Assembly: GCA_020632335.1 (NCBI GenBank)
Contig: JACKFV010000001.1
Span: 360,001-392,000 of the forward strand
Reading direction: 5' to 3'
DNA: 32,000 nt
DNA from: Candidatus Saccharimonadota bacterium
GTDB lineage: Bacteria; Patescibacteriota; Gracilibacteria; UBA4473
Shown here piece by piece: positions 17,268 through 25,555 of the stretch. The notes below the pieces were generated by a model. The model searched no databases, was not told where the DNA came from, and saw only the letters and a list, made by a program, of their open reading frames with translations. Position numbers and translations under genes: made by a program. Position 1 is the first letter of the stretch, and every line of letters starts with the position of its first letter.

Positions 17268-20105
17268 CTAGTTGATGCGTTCTGCCTTGAGGATATTCCG
17301 GTAGCGGACGTCTTTCGTACAGGTGAAGAGGATCGCGTCGGTGTCTCCTGCAGCGGCGATGAGACTGTCGATATCATCACCAGAGACGTTGATCACGTCC
17401 GTAATGCGGTACTCGATGACCTCTCCGCCACGGTCAAACTGGAAGGTGTCGCCGACCGTCACCTGGTCTATCAGCGGGCTGAAGACCGGACCGTAAGGAG
17501 TGGGGTCGCCTGGCCAGATGCTGCTGTGGGCAAAGATGATATCCGTGCCGGTGGTGACGTCTCGGTAGAATCCTGAGCCGGTATTTGTCAGCGCGTCCAG
17601 CCATACGCTGGGGGTAGCGATGAGCGTGTCTTGGCTGTAGACGTTCTGGATGGGGGTACCATTTACCGAGATCTGCGCGAACTGCACGTAGGCGTTGTCT
17701 CCGCTATCCAGCATGCGCAGGGTGCGGCGGAGCATTTCAAAGGCTTCTCCGCGGGTGACGATGTGCCCGGCGTCGGTGCCGATGAGCGCGTCTGGGAGGA
17801 GATTCATAGCTGCCATAGCGTCGATGTACGGGGCAGCCCAATTCTCACCATAAGTAGCTGCGTCAGCATGTGGCAGGTGCATGGTGCGCACGATGATCTT
17901 CGCGATCTCGCCAAAGCTGATGTTGTTCCCGGGCACGAACATACCGTCTATGTAGCCGTGCACTACGTCATCCGCTACCAGGTTCTCGGTGTAGTCGTAG
18001 TACCACTGGTCAGGGGTAACGTCTGGGAAAGTCTGGCCAAGGCAGTTGGTCTTCAGTCGCAGCTGGGCCGCGATGCTGATAATCTTGGTAACCTCGGCAC
18101 GGAGCAGGTTGGCGTCCAGCGCCATGATGCCGTCGTCACCGTAGCCGTCGATCACGCCCTGGTAGTAGAGGTCTACGGCTGCCTGGTAGTACTGGTGGTC
18201 GGCAGAGGTATCGGGGAAGATACTGAAGGCCTCGTAGTGAGTCCGCAGCCAGCCAGGCACCGAGCCCGTCAGGGGGATCACTTGTGCGAGCTCCAGGTTG
18301 TCAGGAGAGCGCACCAGCTGGACGTAGTCACATGCTGGGGGTTCTACCGCCGCGATAACTGGCGCAGGTGCTGGGGCTGGAGTGTTGGTCTGGTAAGGAG
18401 GAATGATGGCCTGTGCCGTCTGGTAGCTGAAGCTAGACGAACCGGAGAAGATACTCCCGCCGCCACCGGCCACGCTACCACCCCCTGCTGGAGGAGGCGT
18501 CACCGCTACATAGGGTGTCAGGTGCGTTACCGTGGGGTCGTCAGGGTTGCCGTCTGCATTTGAGTCGACATTCGTGGTATTCGCCGGGTCATCAGAGAGG
18601 TCTGACACACTGTACTCACTGCCGTCGGTGGCTTCTACCAGAGCTTGGTTGGTGACTTTTTTCGCGGTGATGTCAGCCGCCACAATGGTGTAGGTGGCCG
18701 TCCAGACAACACTCTCTCCCACCAGCAGGTCATCGCTCACGGTGTCGGCGTCCTCATCAGACCCACCAGAAGCGTAAGCCGGTACTGGCAGCGTGCCCGC
18801 TCCGGTGAAGGTCGCGGCGGTTTCGCTCACCACCACATTGTAGAGGGTTACGGTACCGGTGTTGGTCGCTGTGTAGGTATAGGTGATGGTCTCGCCCACT
18901 TGCGCGGTGCCGTTATTGTTCTGGTCGTTGAATACCGCGGTTTTTGTCAGGGCGATGAGCGCTGTAGTGAGCTCGGTCACTGTGGGGTCGTCGGGGTTGC
19001 CGTCGCCGTCAGGGTCGGTGTCTGTCACGTCAGCGGGGTCATCAGAGGCGTCGGTGACGTCTTCGTCGTCAGGGTCTGTACCGGTGACGAGCGCGCTATT
19101 GGTAACCGTGCCGGCCAGTACGTCAGCCGCGGTGAGCGCGTAGACCGCCGTGAAGGTGGTAGTATCGCTGTCGCCGGGGTTCATACTCGCGATGGGTCCG
19201 CCACTGACTGTCACCAGAGGATCGGTCACGGTGACGTCCGTCAGCACTACATTCCCGGTGTTTTCTACGGTGAAGGTGTAGGTGATGGTCTCGCCCACCT
19301 GCGCGTAGCCGTCGCCGTTCTCATCAGTGAAGGCAGCTTCCTTCAGCAGAGAAATAGAGGGGTCTGCCTCCAGCGAAGTTACGGTAGGGTCATCGGGTTC
19401 GCCATCGTCATTACTGTCGGTATTAGTGGTGTCGGTAGGGTCGTCTGAGGTATCGGTCACCACGGTATCATCAGCGTCTACGGCTTCTACCACGGCTTGG
19501 TTAGTGATCTGCCCCGCGGCGATGTCCTCGGCGGTGATGGTGTAGGTGGCCGTCCAGGTAACGCTCTGGCCTACTGCCAAGTCGTCATCTACGGTGTCGG
19601 CGTCCTGGTCAGATCCGCCAGAAACATACGCTGGCGCTGGCAGTATGCCCGTACCGGTGAAGGTAGCTTCGTCCTCCACAACTACTACGTTGTAGAGCAC
19701 TACATTCCCGGTGTTGGTCGCGGTGTAGGTGTAGGTGATGGTCTCGCCAGCCTCAGGGAGGGTGTCGGCGGTGAGGTCGTCGTTGAAGAGACCGGTTTTC
19801 TCCAGGCTGATGCTGGCTACTGCAAGTGCTGGAATGGTGATGACAGTGGGGTCATCGGGGTTGCCGTCTTCATTGGGGTCGGCCTCGGTGAGGTCAGCTG
19901 GGTCGTCAGAGAGGTCGCTGGCGGGCGTCCCTTCATCATCAGCGCCGGTGGCCAGGGCTTGGTTAGTGATGGTGCCCGCGGTGATGTCTTCCGCGGTGAG
20001 CGCGTAGTCTGCTGCCCAGGTAACCGTCTCACCGGTGAGGAGGTCGTCATTCACGGTGTCGGCGTCCTGGTCAGATCCGCCAGAGACGTAGGCTGGTACT
20101 GGCAA
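17268..20105 (-). CDS. Giant adhesin, C-terminal part: DUF11-type repeats + 3 SLH repeats + sortase-like domain (downstream frame of a frameshifted gene)
   Basis: It holds repeats of about 140-155 aa (LEKTxxFND..GETITYTYTxxNTGNVxLxxVxV..DDPTV with acidic DxDxDGxPDD loops), a G/P linker, SLH repeats at 17691-18218 and a sortase-like module at 17268-17690. The listed Met is a TTG. The frame continues upstream to the frameshift at 20121-20130. Confidence 0.85.
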   Translation of the reverse strand: MPVPAYVSGGSDQDADTVNDDLLTGETVTWAADYALTAEDITAGTITNQALATGADDEGTPASDLSDDPADLTEADPNEDGNPDDPTVITIPALAVASISLEKTGLFNDDLTADTLPEAGETITYTYTATNTGNVVLYNVVVVEDEATFTGTGILPAPAYVSGGSDQDADTVDDDLAVGQSVTWTATYTITAEDIAAGQITNQAVVEAVDADDTVVTDTSDDPTDTTNTDSNDDGEPDDPTVTSLEADPSISLLKEAAFTDENGDGYAQVGETITYTFTVENTGNVVLTDVTVTDPLVTVSGGPIASMNPGDSDTTTFTAVYALTAADVLAGTVTNSALVTGTDPDDEDVTDASDDPADVTDTDPDGDGNPDDPTVTELTTALIALTKTAVFNDQNNNGTAQVGETITYTYTATNTGTVTLYNVVVSETAATFTGAGTLPVPAYASGGSDEDADTVSDDLLVGESVVWTATYTIVAADITAKKVTNQALVEATDGSEYSVSDLSDDPANTTNVDSNADGNPDDPTVTHLTPYVAVTPPPAGGGSVAGGGGSIFSGSSSFSYQTAQAIIPPYQTNTPAPAPAPVIAAVEPPACDYVQLVRSPDNLELAQVIPLTGSVPGWLRTHYEAFSIFPDTSADHQYYQAAVDLYYQGVIDGYGDDGIMALDANLLRAEVTKIISIAAQLRLKTNCLGQTFPDVTPDQWYYDYTENLVADDVVHGYIDGMFVPGNNISFGEIAKIIVRTMHLPHADAATYGENWAAPYIDAMAAMNLLPDALIGTDAGHIVTRGEAFEMLRRTLRMLDSGDNAYVQFAQISVNGTPIQNVYSQDTLIATPSVWLDALTNTGSGFYRDVTTGTDIIFAHSSIWPGDPTPYGPVFSPLIDQVTVGDTFQFDRGGEVIEYRITDVINVSGDDIDSLIAAAGDTDAILFTCTKDVRYRNILKAERIN

Positions 20106-21912
20106 CGTGCCGGTACCCGTGAAGGAAGGAGCCGGCTTCTTCCGTCACCACCACGTTGTAGATGGTCGGCAGGGCGGTATTCTCCACCGTGTAGGTGTAG
20201 GTGATGGTTTCCCCTACAGAGGCCAGGCCGTCGCCGTTTTCGTCGTTGAAGACCGCGGTTTTCTCCAGGGTCATGGTAGCTACCCCACCGGCTACGACCG
20301 CAAAGCACTGAGCGGCATCATAGCCATTCATCGTGGCGTCATTTGCAGCGCCTACGCGGGTCATACCGCCATTTGGGTTGGTGACATCCAGGTAGTAGAG
20401 GCGGTCTGGGAAGCGCACGTAGAAGAGCCCATCAGTCCCGAAGAAAGCGGCCCCCGGGTAGCCGATGTTATTAGGCAGGTTGAGCGTCGGGAAGTAGGTA
20501 ACCGTCGCGGGGGTGGTGCTGGCGTCTATCTGCACCACGCGTCCGCGCCAATTGCCGGCATTAGTCCGCCAGACGTTGAAGCCGTAGATCATCCCGTCGT
20601 CATCGTTGTAGGCGTAGTCTTGTACGCTTTTGGGGTCTACCGTGGCCTGCTTGGCCGCGATGATGGTCATGTAGGTGGGGCTCAGTGGGTCGATATCTAT
20701 GAAGTGCAGGGTCTGGGGGTCTTGCCCGGTACCTACCAGATAGAGCTTCTGCACCGGGTCGATCACCCCATTGTTCACGCCTCCGGCCGCAGCGCCTGTG
20801 GGTAGACCCACGTTTTGCTCGAGGAGGATGGTGCCCGCGGCGTCAAAGACCACCACAGTATTAGGCCCATCATTAGTATTGCTGCCGCGAATAGAGTAGA
20901 AGAGGCCGTCTTCCGCATTCAGCGCCAGGGCATTGAGAATGTAGCCCCCACCGCCGATGTTCAGCAGATCGGTCACCACATTATCTGTAGAAATAGTGGC
21001 CAGCAGGGTGTCATTCCCCCCGGCGGTGTTGCGGTGGCTGAAGTACACGCTCGTGTCAGTATTACAGTCAATTACCTCGGTGGAGGTGGGCGGCTCTACG
21101 GCGAGCACGGGGTCTGCCACGCGGGCCACCAGCGCCAGAGGATCTATCGCCGGAGCGGCTTCTACTACGGGCTCTTCTACTGGTGGGACGAGCACGGCGT
21201 TGTCTACGCGTACCACGTCAGACTCCGTGAGTCGGAGCTTGATCTCGGCCAGTTTCAGCGCCTCGAGCTGTACATTAAGCGCGTCCAGCTCCGCAGCGTC
21301 GGTTTCTTCAAAGGTGAGATTCACCGCCTGCATGGCTTCCACGGTGGCCTTGATAGCCGCCTCGATGGTCTCAGCGGTGTACTCAGTGTAGTCCGTAGAC
21401 TCGGCCGGGTACCACGCGATGCCGTCCTCCACCGCGGGGGGCGTAGACGGTGTGTGCGCAGCAGCAGCCGCTGCAGCAGGTTCTTCACTGCCTGCTAGTG
21501 GGCTCACGATGTCTTCCGTCACTGGCGCCTCAGCAAGAAGGAGCTCCTCAGTAGGAGCTGTAACTTCTGTGGTAGTGTCTTCTGTGATTTCTGTGTCTGT
21601 GGTGGTGTCTGTATCAGGAGCTGTGACAGCAGCATCCTCAACAACAGCACTTCCCTCCTCTTCTACAGGAGTAGCAGAGGGGTCGGTACTCGGGGCTTCT
21701 CCTACCACTGCGGTGTCCTCTTCAACAGCAGCACTTTCCTCTGCCGAAGGGGCGCTCGAGTCTGGAGAAGGTGTAGGGTCCTCGGCAGGGGTCGAGTCAA
21801 CCACTACTTGGGCGGTAGCGGTGCCAGTGCTGAGCGCCGTAACCACCACCGCAGGGGTGACTATGTGCGACAAAAGCACTAGCAAGCTTGCTAGAGAAAA
21901 GTATTGCTTCAT
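20071..21912 (-). CDS. Giant adhesin, N-terminal part: signal peptide, acidic/coiled region, beta-propeller-like region, first DUF11-type repeat (upstream frame)
   Basis: Signal peptide MKQYFSLASLLVLLSHIVTPAVVVTALSTGTATAQ, then a D/E/T/A-rich segment. A region with recurring G-hydrophobic-Y/F strands follows (GLFYSIRG, KLYLVGTG, GMIYGFNV, GLFYVRFP). It ends in TLEKTAVFNDENGDGLASVGETITYTYTVENT..NVVVTEEAGSF and then runs out of frame to the stop at 20071. Confidence 0.85.
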   Translation of the reverse strand: MKQYFSLASLLVLLSHIVTPAVVVTALSTGTATAQVVVDSTPAEDPTPSPDSSAPSAEESAAVEEDTAVVGEAPSTDPSATPVEEEGSAVVEDAAVTAPDTDTTTDTEITEDTTTEVTAPTEELLLAEAPVTEDIVSPLAGSEEPAAAAAAAHTPSTPPAVEDGIAWYPAESTDYTEYTAETIEAAIKATVEAMQAVNLTFEETDAAELDALNVQLEALKLAEIKLRLTESDVVRVDNAVLVPPVEEPVVEAAPAIDPLALVARVADPVLAVEPPTSTEVIDCNTDTSVYFSHRNTAGGNDTLLATISTDNVVTDLLNIGGGGYILNALALNAEDGLFYSIRGSNTNDGPNTVVVFDAAGTILLEQNVGLPTGAAAGGVNNGVIDPVQKLYLVGTGQDPQTLHFIDIDPLSPTYMTIIAAKQATVDPKSVQDYAYNDDDGMIYGFNVWRTNAGNWRGRVVQIDASTTPATVTYFPTLNLPNNIGYPGAAFFGTDGLFYVRFPDRLYYLDVTNPNGGMTRVGAANDATMNGYDAAQCFAVVAGGVATMTLEKTAVFNDENGDGLASVGETITYTYTVENTALPTIYNVVVTEEAGSFLHGYRHVASTSLRLWRI

Positions 21913-21941
21913 ACAAAAGGGGGTTAAAAGAATACCCCGTT

Positions 21942-21969
21942 ACCGTACATAGAAATATATACTTGTCAA
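21942..21969 (-). promoter_or_regulatory. Candidate adhesin promoter
   Basis: Minus strand reads TTGACA(21969-21964)-16 nt-TACGGT(21947-21942), about 29 nt upstream of ATG 21912. Confidence 0.35.
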
Positions 21970-22048
21970 TATTTAATATCACTCTGTCTAGGTGATTTCC
22001 TTGGCGGCTTGTATAGCGAAACTATCGCTAGGGCACCACATGGAGGCA

Positions 22049-23038
22049 TTAGTTATCTGTGGGATCTTGCGGGATAATCTTCCACTGGACTTCCCTTTTG
22101 AGGCGGCTGTGGGGGATAGAGAACCCACTGGCCTTGACGTGCCCCCCGCCACCGTAGTCCTTAGCAAGGGCCTGGAGGTCTAGGTCGTCCCGACGGGTGC
22201 GCAGTGAGGCCTTCACATTACCCGCTTCGTCCTCGCTCAGCAGCACGCTGTAGTCGGCGTCTTGGATGCTCCCGAGCCAATTCTTGAGCACGCCGATGTC
22301 CTCTCTCTCGGCCCCCACGCTCTGGTAGTCCGCGGTGTAGACCCCCGCGATAGCTACGTTTTCGTCGGTTAGGGTGAGATTCTCGAGGATTTTCCCCCAG
22401 AATTTCAGCTGCGCAAAACTATAGCGCTGGAGGGATTTATCGTTGATCTGGCGGAGACGAGCACCCTTCTCCACCAGCCAGCTGGCCATAGCGAAGATCT
22501 CCGGCGTGGCCGCGTACTGGAAGTCCCCGGTGTCGGTATACATGCCCAGTAGCAGCGCGGTAGCGGCCTGAGGGGGCACGGGCAGGGCGCTGAGCTGCAG
22601 GAGCTCGGCCACGATTATGGCGGCGCTGGAGGCATTCTCGGGCACGATATTGAGCGTGGCCCAGTGGTCGTTACTCTTGTGGTGGTGGTCGATGTTGACG
22701 CTCTGCAGCTGCGCCAGCTGCGGATAGCGATGATGAAACCCCGTGCGCTCGTAGTCCGCACAGTCGGTCCAGATGACGAGCTCGTAGTCGCTCGGAGTGA
22801 AGTCCTGCACGTACTGCTCGGCTCTGGGGGACCACTGCCAGCGCGTGGGGAGAGGGTCTACGCACGCGGTGGTCACGGTCAGTCCGGCAGCGCGCAGGCT
22901 CTCAGCCAGGCCAAAGCTGGACCCAAAAGCGTCACCGTCGGGCGAGCTATGGGTGATGACGAGCGTGCGCGGCTTTGGCTCTATAGCAGCGCGGAAGGCC
23001 TCTACCTGCTCAGCAGTAACGAAGGTGTGGTGACGCAT
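22049..23038 (-). CDS. nrnA: DHH/DHHA1 phosphoesterase (NrnA-type oligoribonuclease / pAp phosphatase)
   Basis: ITHSSPDGDAFGSSFGL (motifs I-II), NIDHHHKSN (DHH) and GGGGHVKASGF (DHHA1 GGGH). Confidence 0.85.
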   Translation of the reverse strand: MRHHTFVTAEQVEAFRAAIEPKPRTLVITHSSPDGDAFGSSFGLAESLRAAGLTVTTACVDPLPTRWQWSPRAEQYVQDFTPSDYELVIWTDCADYERTGFHHRYPQLAQLQSVNIDHHHKSNDHWATLNIVPENASSAAIIVAELLQLSALPVPPQAATALLLGMYTDTGDFQYAATPEIFAMASWLVEKGARLRQINDKSLQRYSFAQLKFWGKILENLTLTDENVAIAGVYTADYQSVGAEREDIGVLKNWLGSIQDADYSVLLSEDEAGNVKASLRTRRDDLDLQALAKDYGGGGHVKASGFSIPHSRLKREVQWKIIPQDPTDN

Positions 23039-23046
23039 GTGCTTCT

Positions 23047-23091
23047 AGTATAGGGGACTTGAAAGTATATCGTCAACATATATTGTGTCAA
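23047..23091 (-). promoter_or_regulatory. Tandem candidate promoters of nrnA
   Basis: P1 is TTGACA(23091-23086)-16 nt-TATACT(23069-23064). P2 is TTGACG(23076-23071)-18 nt-TATACT(23052-23047)-8 nt-ATG(23038). Confidence 0.5.
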
Positions 23092-23134
23092 GTGCAAGCA
23101 TATGTAGCACCCCGAGGAGAGTACCAGAAAAGTA

Positions 23135-24373
23135 CTAGGACGCCGTGATGAGCTCGGTACGCAGGGCCTCGGCCTCGGCTTCTACTTGCTCGTTGGCGGC
23201 CACCAGCGCCTCCTCATTAAAGGCCTGAGACTGCAGCAGCTGCTGCATGGCTTGGCCAGATTCGTGCTGGCGGGTGAGGGCTTTTTGTCGCATATCGGTC
23301 AGCTCCTTATAGGCCTTCTCATAGACGGGCAGGTAGTCCTCGACCTCTTTATCCACCGTGGCGATCTCTGTAGCGTAGGCGTCGTAGCTGGCGCGGATGT
23401 CGCTCAGTTTGCCCTCCAGCGACTGCAGCACCGCGAGGTTCTGGCGCTTGCGGTCCACCTCGGCCTGCATGGATTTTTTCTCGAGGATTTCGTTCTTGTG
23501 CTCCAGGTCTTCCAGGCCCTTGTGAATGGCGTCGGCCACCGCGTAGGAGCTGTGGATCTGGTTATGGATGAGGTTCTCGAACACCAGCGTGCCCAGGTTC
23601 ATGGTGAATTTCATCTCGACTTTATCCAGCGCAAACTTGGCCTTGACGATGCGATTGAGGCCCATGATGATGCGCAGCACGCTCACACTGCTGACCTGCT
23701 TCATGGCATTGAGGCTGACCTGGTAGTCCTTCAAGAATGCCCGTGAGTCTTCGCTGAGCGCCGCTCCCTCGGGTGAAGCGAGCAGCTGGGTGAGGAAGCG
23801 GTCGAGGTACTCCAGGCGCACTACGTCCTCCGTCACGGCTGGCAAGTACTCTCGTATGAGGCTGACCACGCTCTGGATGTCGGCTTTCTCGGCCTTGATG
23901 ATGTTCTCCAGCACCTGCACCTTGCCCTTGAGGTCACGCATGCCGTAGAGGAAAATCTCGCTCTGGGAGCGGAATCCGTTACGGAAGAAAGCGAAAATAC
24001 GGCCAAAGAACTTGCTCGTGGCCTCGGCGGTGGAGGCGTCTATGGCATGGGTGATCTCCTGGATTTCCTCCATGGTGTCGTCCAGCGAGCCACCGATGTC
24101 TTGGGTTTTGCCCGCTTCGGTAGCTTTCTCGAGCAGAATCTGCAGGCGCTGCTGCATCTGGTCATACTGGAGGAAGTCGGCAAACTGCGCGTTGAGGTCA
24201 TCTACCAGAGAGAAATTCGCCACCGAGAGCTTCTCCTCCAGGAGTTTGCGCACACGGCTGGCCTGCTCCGTGCTGGCCTCTATGCCCTTCTCGGCCTGCT
24301 CGGCGAGCATCTCCTGCACGGGTACGGCGGCGAGGGTAGTCTGGAGCTGCGCTGTGGTGATGGTATCTGCCAT
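23135..24373 (-). CDS. Coiled-coil protein, unknown function (possibly TelA/toxic-anion-resistance-like)
   Basis: A 412-aa, E/Q/L/A-rich heptad-like sequence with no TM and no catalytic motif. The overall length and the central FFGRIF..SQSEIF..L..KVQVLENI segment are reminiscent of the TelA family, but I cannot confirm this by eye. Confidence 0.5.
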   Translation of the reverse strand: MADTITTAQLQTTLAAVPVQEMLAEQAEKGIEASTEQASRVRKLLEEKLSVANFSLVDDLNAQFADFLQYDQMQQRLQILLEKATEAGKTQDIGGSLDDTMEEIQEITHAIDASTAEATSKFFGRIFAFFRNGFRSQSEIFLYGMRDLKGKVQVLENIIKAEKADIQSVVSLIREYLPAVTEDVVRLEYLDRFLTQLLASPEGAALSEDSRAFLKDYQVSLNAMKQVSSVSVLRIIMGLNRIVKAKFALDKVEMKFTMNLGTLVFENLIHNQIHSSYAVADAIHKGLEDLEHKNEILEKKSMQAEVDRKRQNLAVLQSLEGKLSDIRASYDAYATEIATVDKEVEDYLPVYEKAYKELTDMRQKALTRQHESGQAMQQLLQSQAFNEEALVAANEQVEAEAEALRTELITAS

Positions 24374-24421
24374 GGGGGGAGTCTAGTACCCCCAGTCTAG
24401 GGCGCCTGGAGGAAGAGGCAA
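24374..24421 (-). promoter_or_regulatory. Two tandem TAGACT -10 boxes upstream of the coiled-coil gene
   Basis: Distal: TTGCCT(24421-24416)-16 nt-TAGACT(24399-24394). Proximal: TAGACT(24385-24380)-6 nt-ATG(24373). GGGGG(24393-24389) and CCCCC(C)(24379-24374) can pair around the proximal box. Confidence 0.4.
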
Positions 24422-24454
24422 GTCTCTGGGGAGGATTCCCAGAAGAGAGCGCTC

Positions 24455-25225
24455 TCAGGCCAGTACCTCGAACCTGCCCGTCTGCACGATGCCACAGTGC
24501 TCCCACTGTACCGCGTCGCAGCCGTTAGCCGTGACGGTCGTCCAGCCGTCGGAGAGGGTCTCTACCCGGGTGCGCTCGGCCAGAACTATGGGCTCTATAC
24601 AGAGCGCCATGCCCGCCTGCAGCACGGTGTCCTCGCCCCGCTGGCCGGTGAGATTCCAGACGTGGGGCTCTGCGTGCAGCTGCCGGCCGATGCCGTGCCC
24701 GGTGTACTCCGCGGCGACAGCGTAGGGCGTGGGGGCCAGGGTGCTCTCCACCGCAGCGGCGATGTCTCGGAGGGTATTGCCAGCGATAGCCACGGCCACA
24801 GCGGCCTCCAGCGCAGCACGCACGGTGGTCTGGAATTGCTCTCGGGCAGGGTGCATCATGGCGCCCCCCACCACGAGCGAGAACGCCGCGTCGGTGTGGA
24901 ATCCCTTGTACTGCACGCCACAGTCCACTGAGAGGAGGTCGCCCGCCTGGAGAGGGGTGTGGTCAGGGATGCCGTGGACTACCTGGTCATTGCGCATGCA
25001 GCAGAGCGTCGCGGGGAAGCCGTGAAACCCCTTAAAGCTAGGCAGGCCGCCCGCAGAGCGGATGATCTCCTCTGCCAGTGCATCGAGCGAGCGGCACGTC
25101 ACCCCGGGGGTAATAGCCGCGCGCAACGCCTCCTGCACTTGGCGGAGGATAGCCCCCGAGGCCCGCATGGTGGCCTGTTCGGCATTATTGAGAATGATAT
25201 ATTTTTCTCTTTTTCTCTTTTTCAT
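24455..25225 (-). CDS. map: Methionine aminopeptidase type I
   Basis: VHGIPD..GDLLSVDCGVQYKGFHTDAAFS..YTGHGIG..LHAEPHV..MALCIEP. The full set of metal-ligand motifs is present. Confidence 0.95.
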   Translation of the reverse strand: MKKRKREKYIILNNAEQATMRASGAILRQVQEALRAAITPGVTCRSLDALAEEIIRSAGGLPSFKGFHGFPATLCCMRNDQVVHGIPDHTPLQAGDLLSVDCGVQYKGFHTDAAFSLVVGGAMMHPAREQFQTTVRAALEAAVAVAIAGNTLRDIAAAVESTLAPTPYAVAAEYTGHGIGRQLHAEPHVWNLTGQRGEDTVLQAGMALCIEPIVLAERTRVETLSDGWTTVTANGCDAVQWEHCGIVQTGRFEVLA

Positions 25226-25240
25226 TTTTTTATTCTTTCG

Positions 25241-25537
25241 TTATGGAGTAGGAGAGCTTTTTCTCCGGAAGTACTGACCCCAGATATAGAGTGCTATTAT
25301 AATCACATTAGCCGTCAAATAGGCAGCAGTAGTGAGGATAAAGAGCGTGTCGTGCAGTTTAAAAATCCCGTAGAGCAGCGCCACCACCAAGCCGAAGGTC
25401 CAGACAGCATAGCTAGAGAGATTGATGCTCGGACGCCCACGCCAGAGGTCACGGATGGTAGGGAGGTAGCCGGCCAAGTTTACGAGGCTCATGCCCCCAT
25501 AGAGCCAGGAGAGGAAAGCGATGAAGATGTCTTGCAT
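25241..25537 (-). CDS. Small 3-TM membrane protein, SemiSWEET/PQ-loop-like
   Basis: A 98-aa protein with three hydrophobic helices. AGYLPTIRDLWRGRPS-INLSSYAVWTFGLVVALLYGI parallels the SemiSWEET pattern (S.LPQ....K....IS....F..G..LW..YG), with PT in place of PQ. Confidence 0.45.
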   Translation of the reverse strand: MQDIFIAFLSWLYGGMSLVNLAGYLPTIRDLWRGRPSINLSSYAVWTFGLVVALLYGIFKLHDTLFILTTAAYLTANVIIIALYIWGQYFRRKSSPTP

Positions 25538-25555
25538 AGGAAAAAATAACCGGAA

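Noticed and set aside
17631-21952. Numerous + strand and alternative-frame ORFs (310, 267, 235, 232, 227, 177 aa, etc.) across the adhesin locus
   Set aside because: All are embedded in the adhesin reading frames, whose repeat architecture and SLH/sortase motifs explain the open frames. Their products are low-complexity G/V/R/S strings.
16025-22048. tRNA-Lys-associated genomic island hypothesis for the SdrD-B-like and adhesin genes
   Set aside because: No direct repeat of the tRNA 3' end, no integrase, and composition indistinguishable by eye from the core genes.
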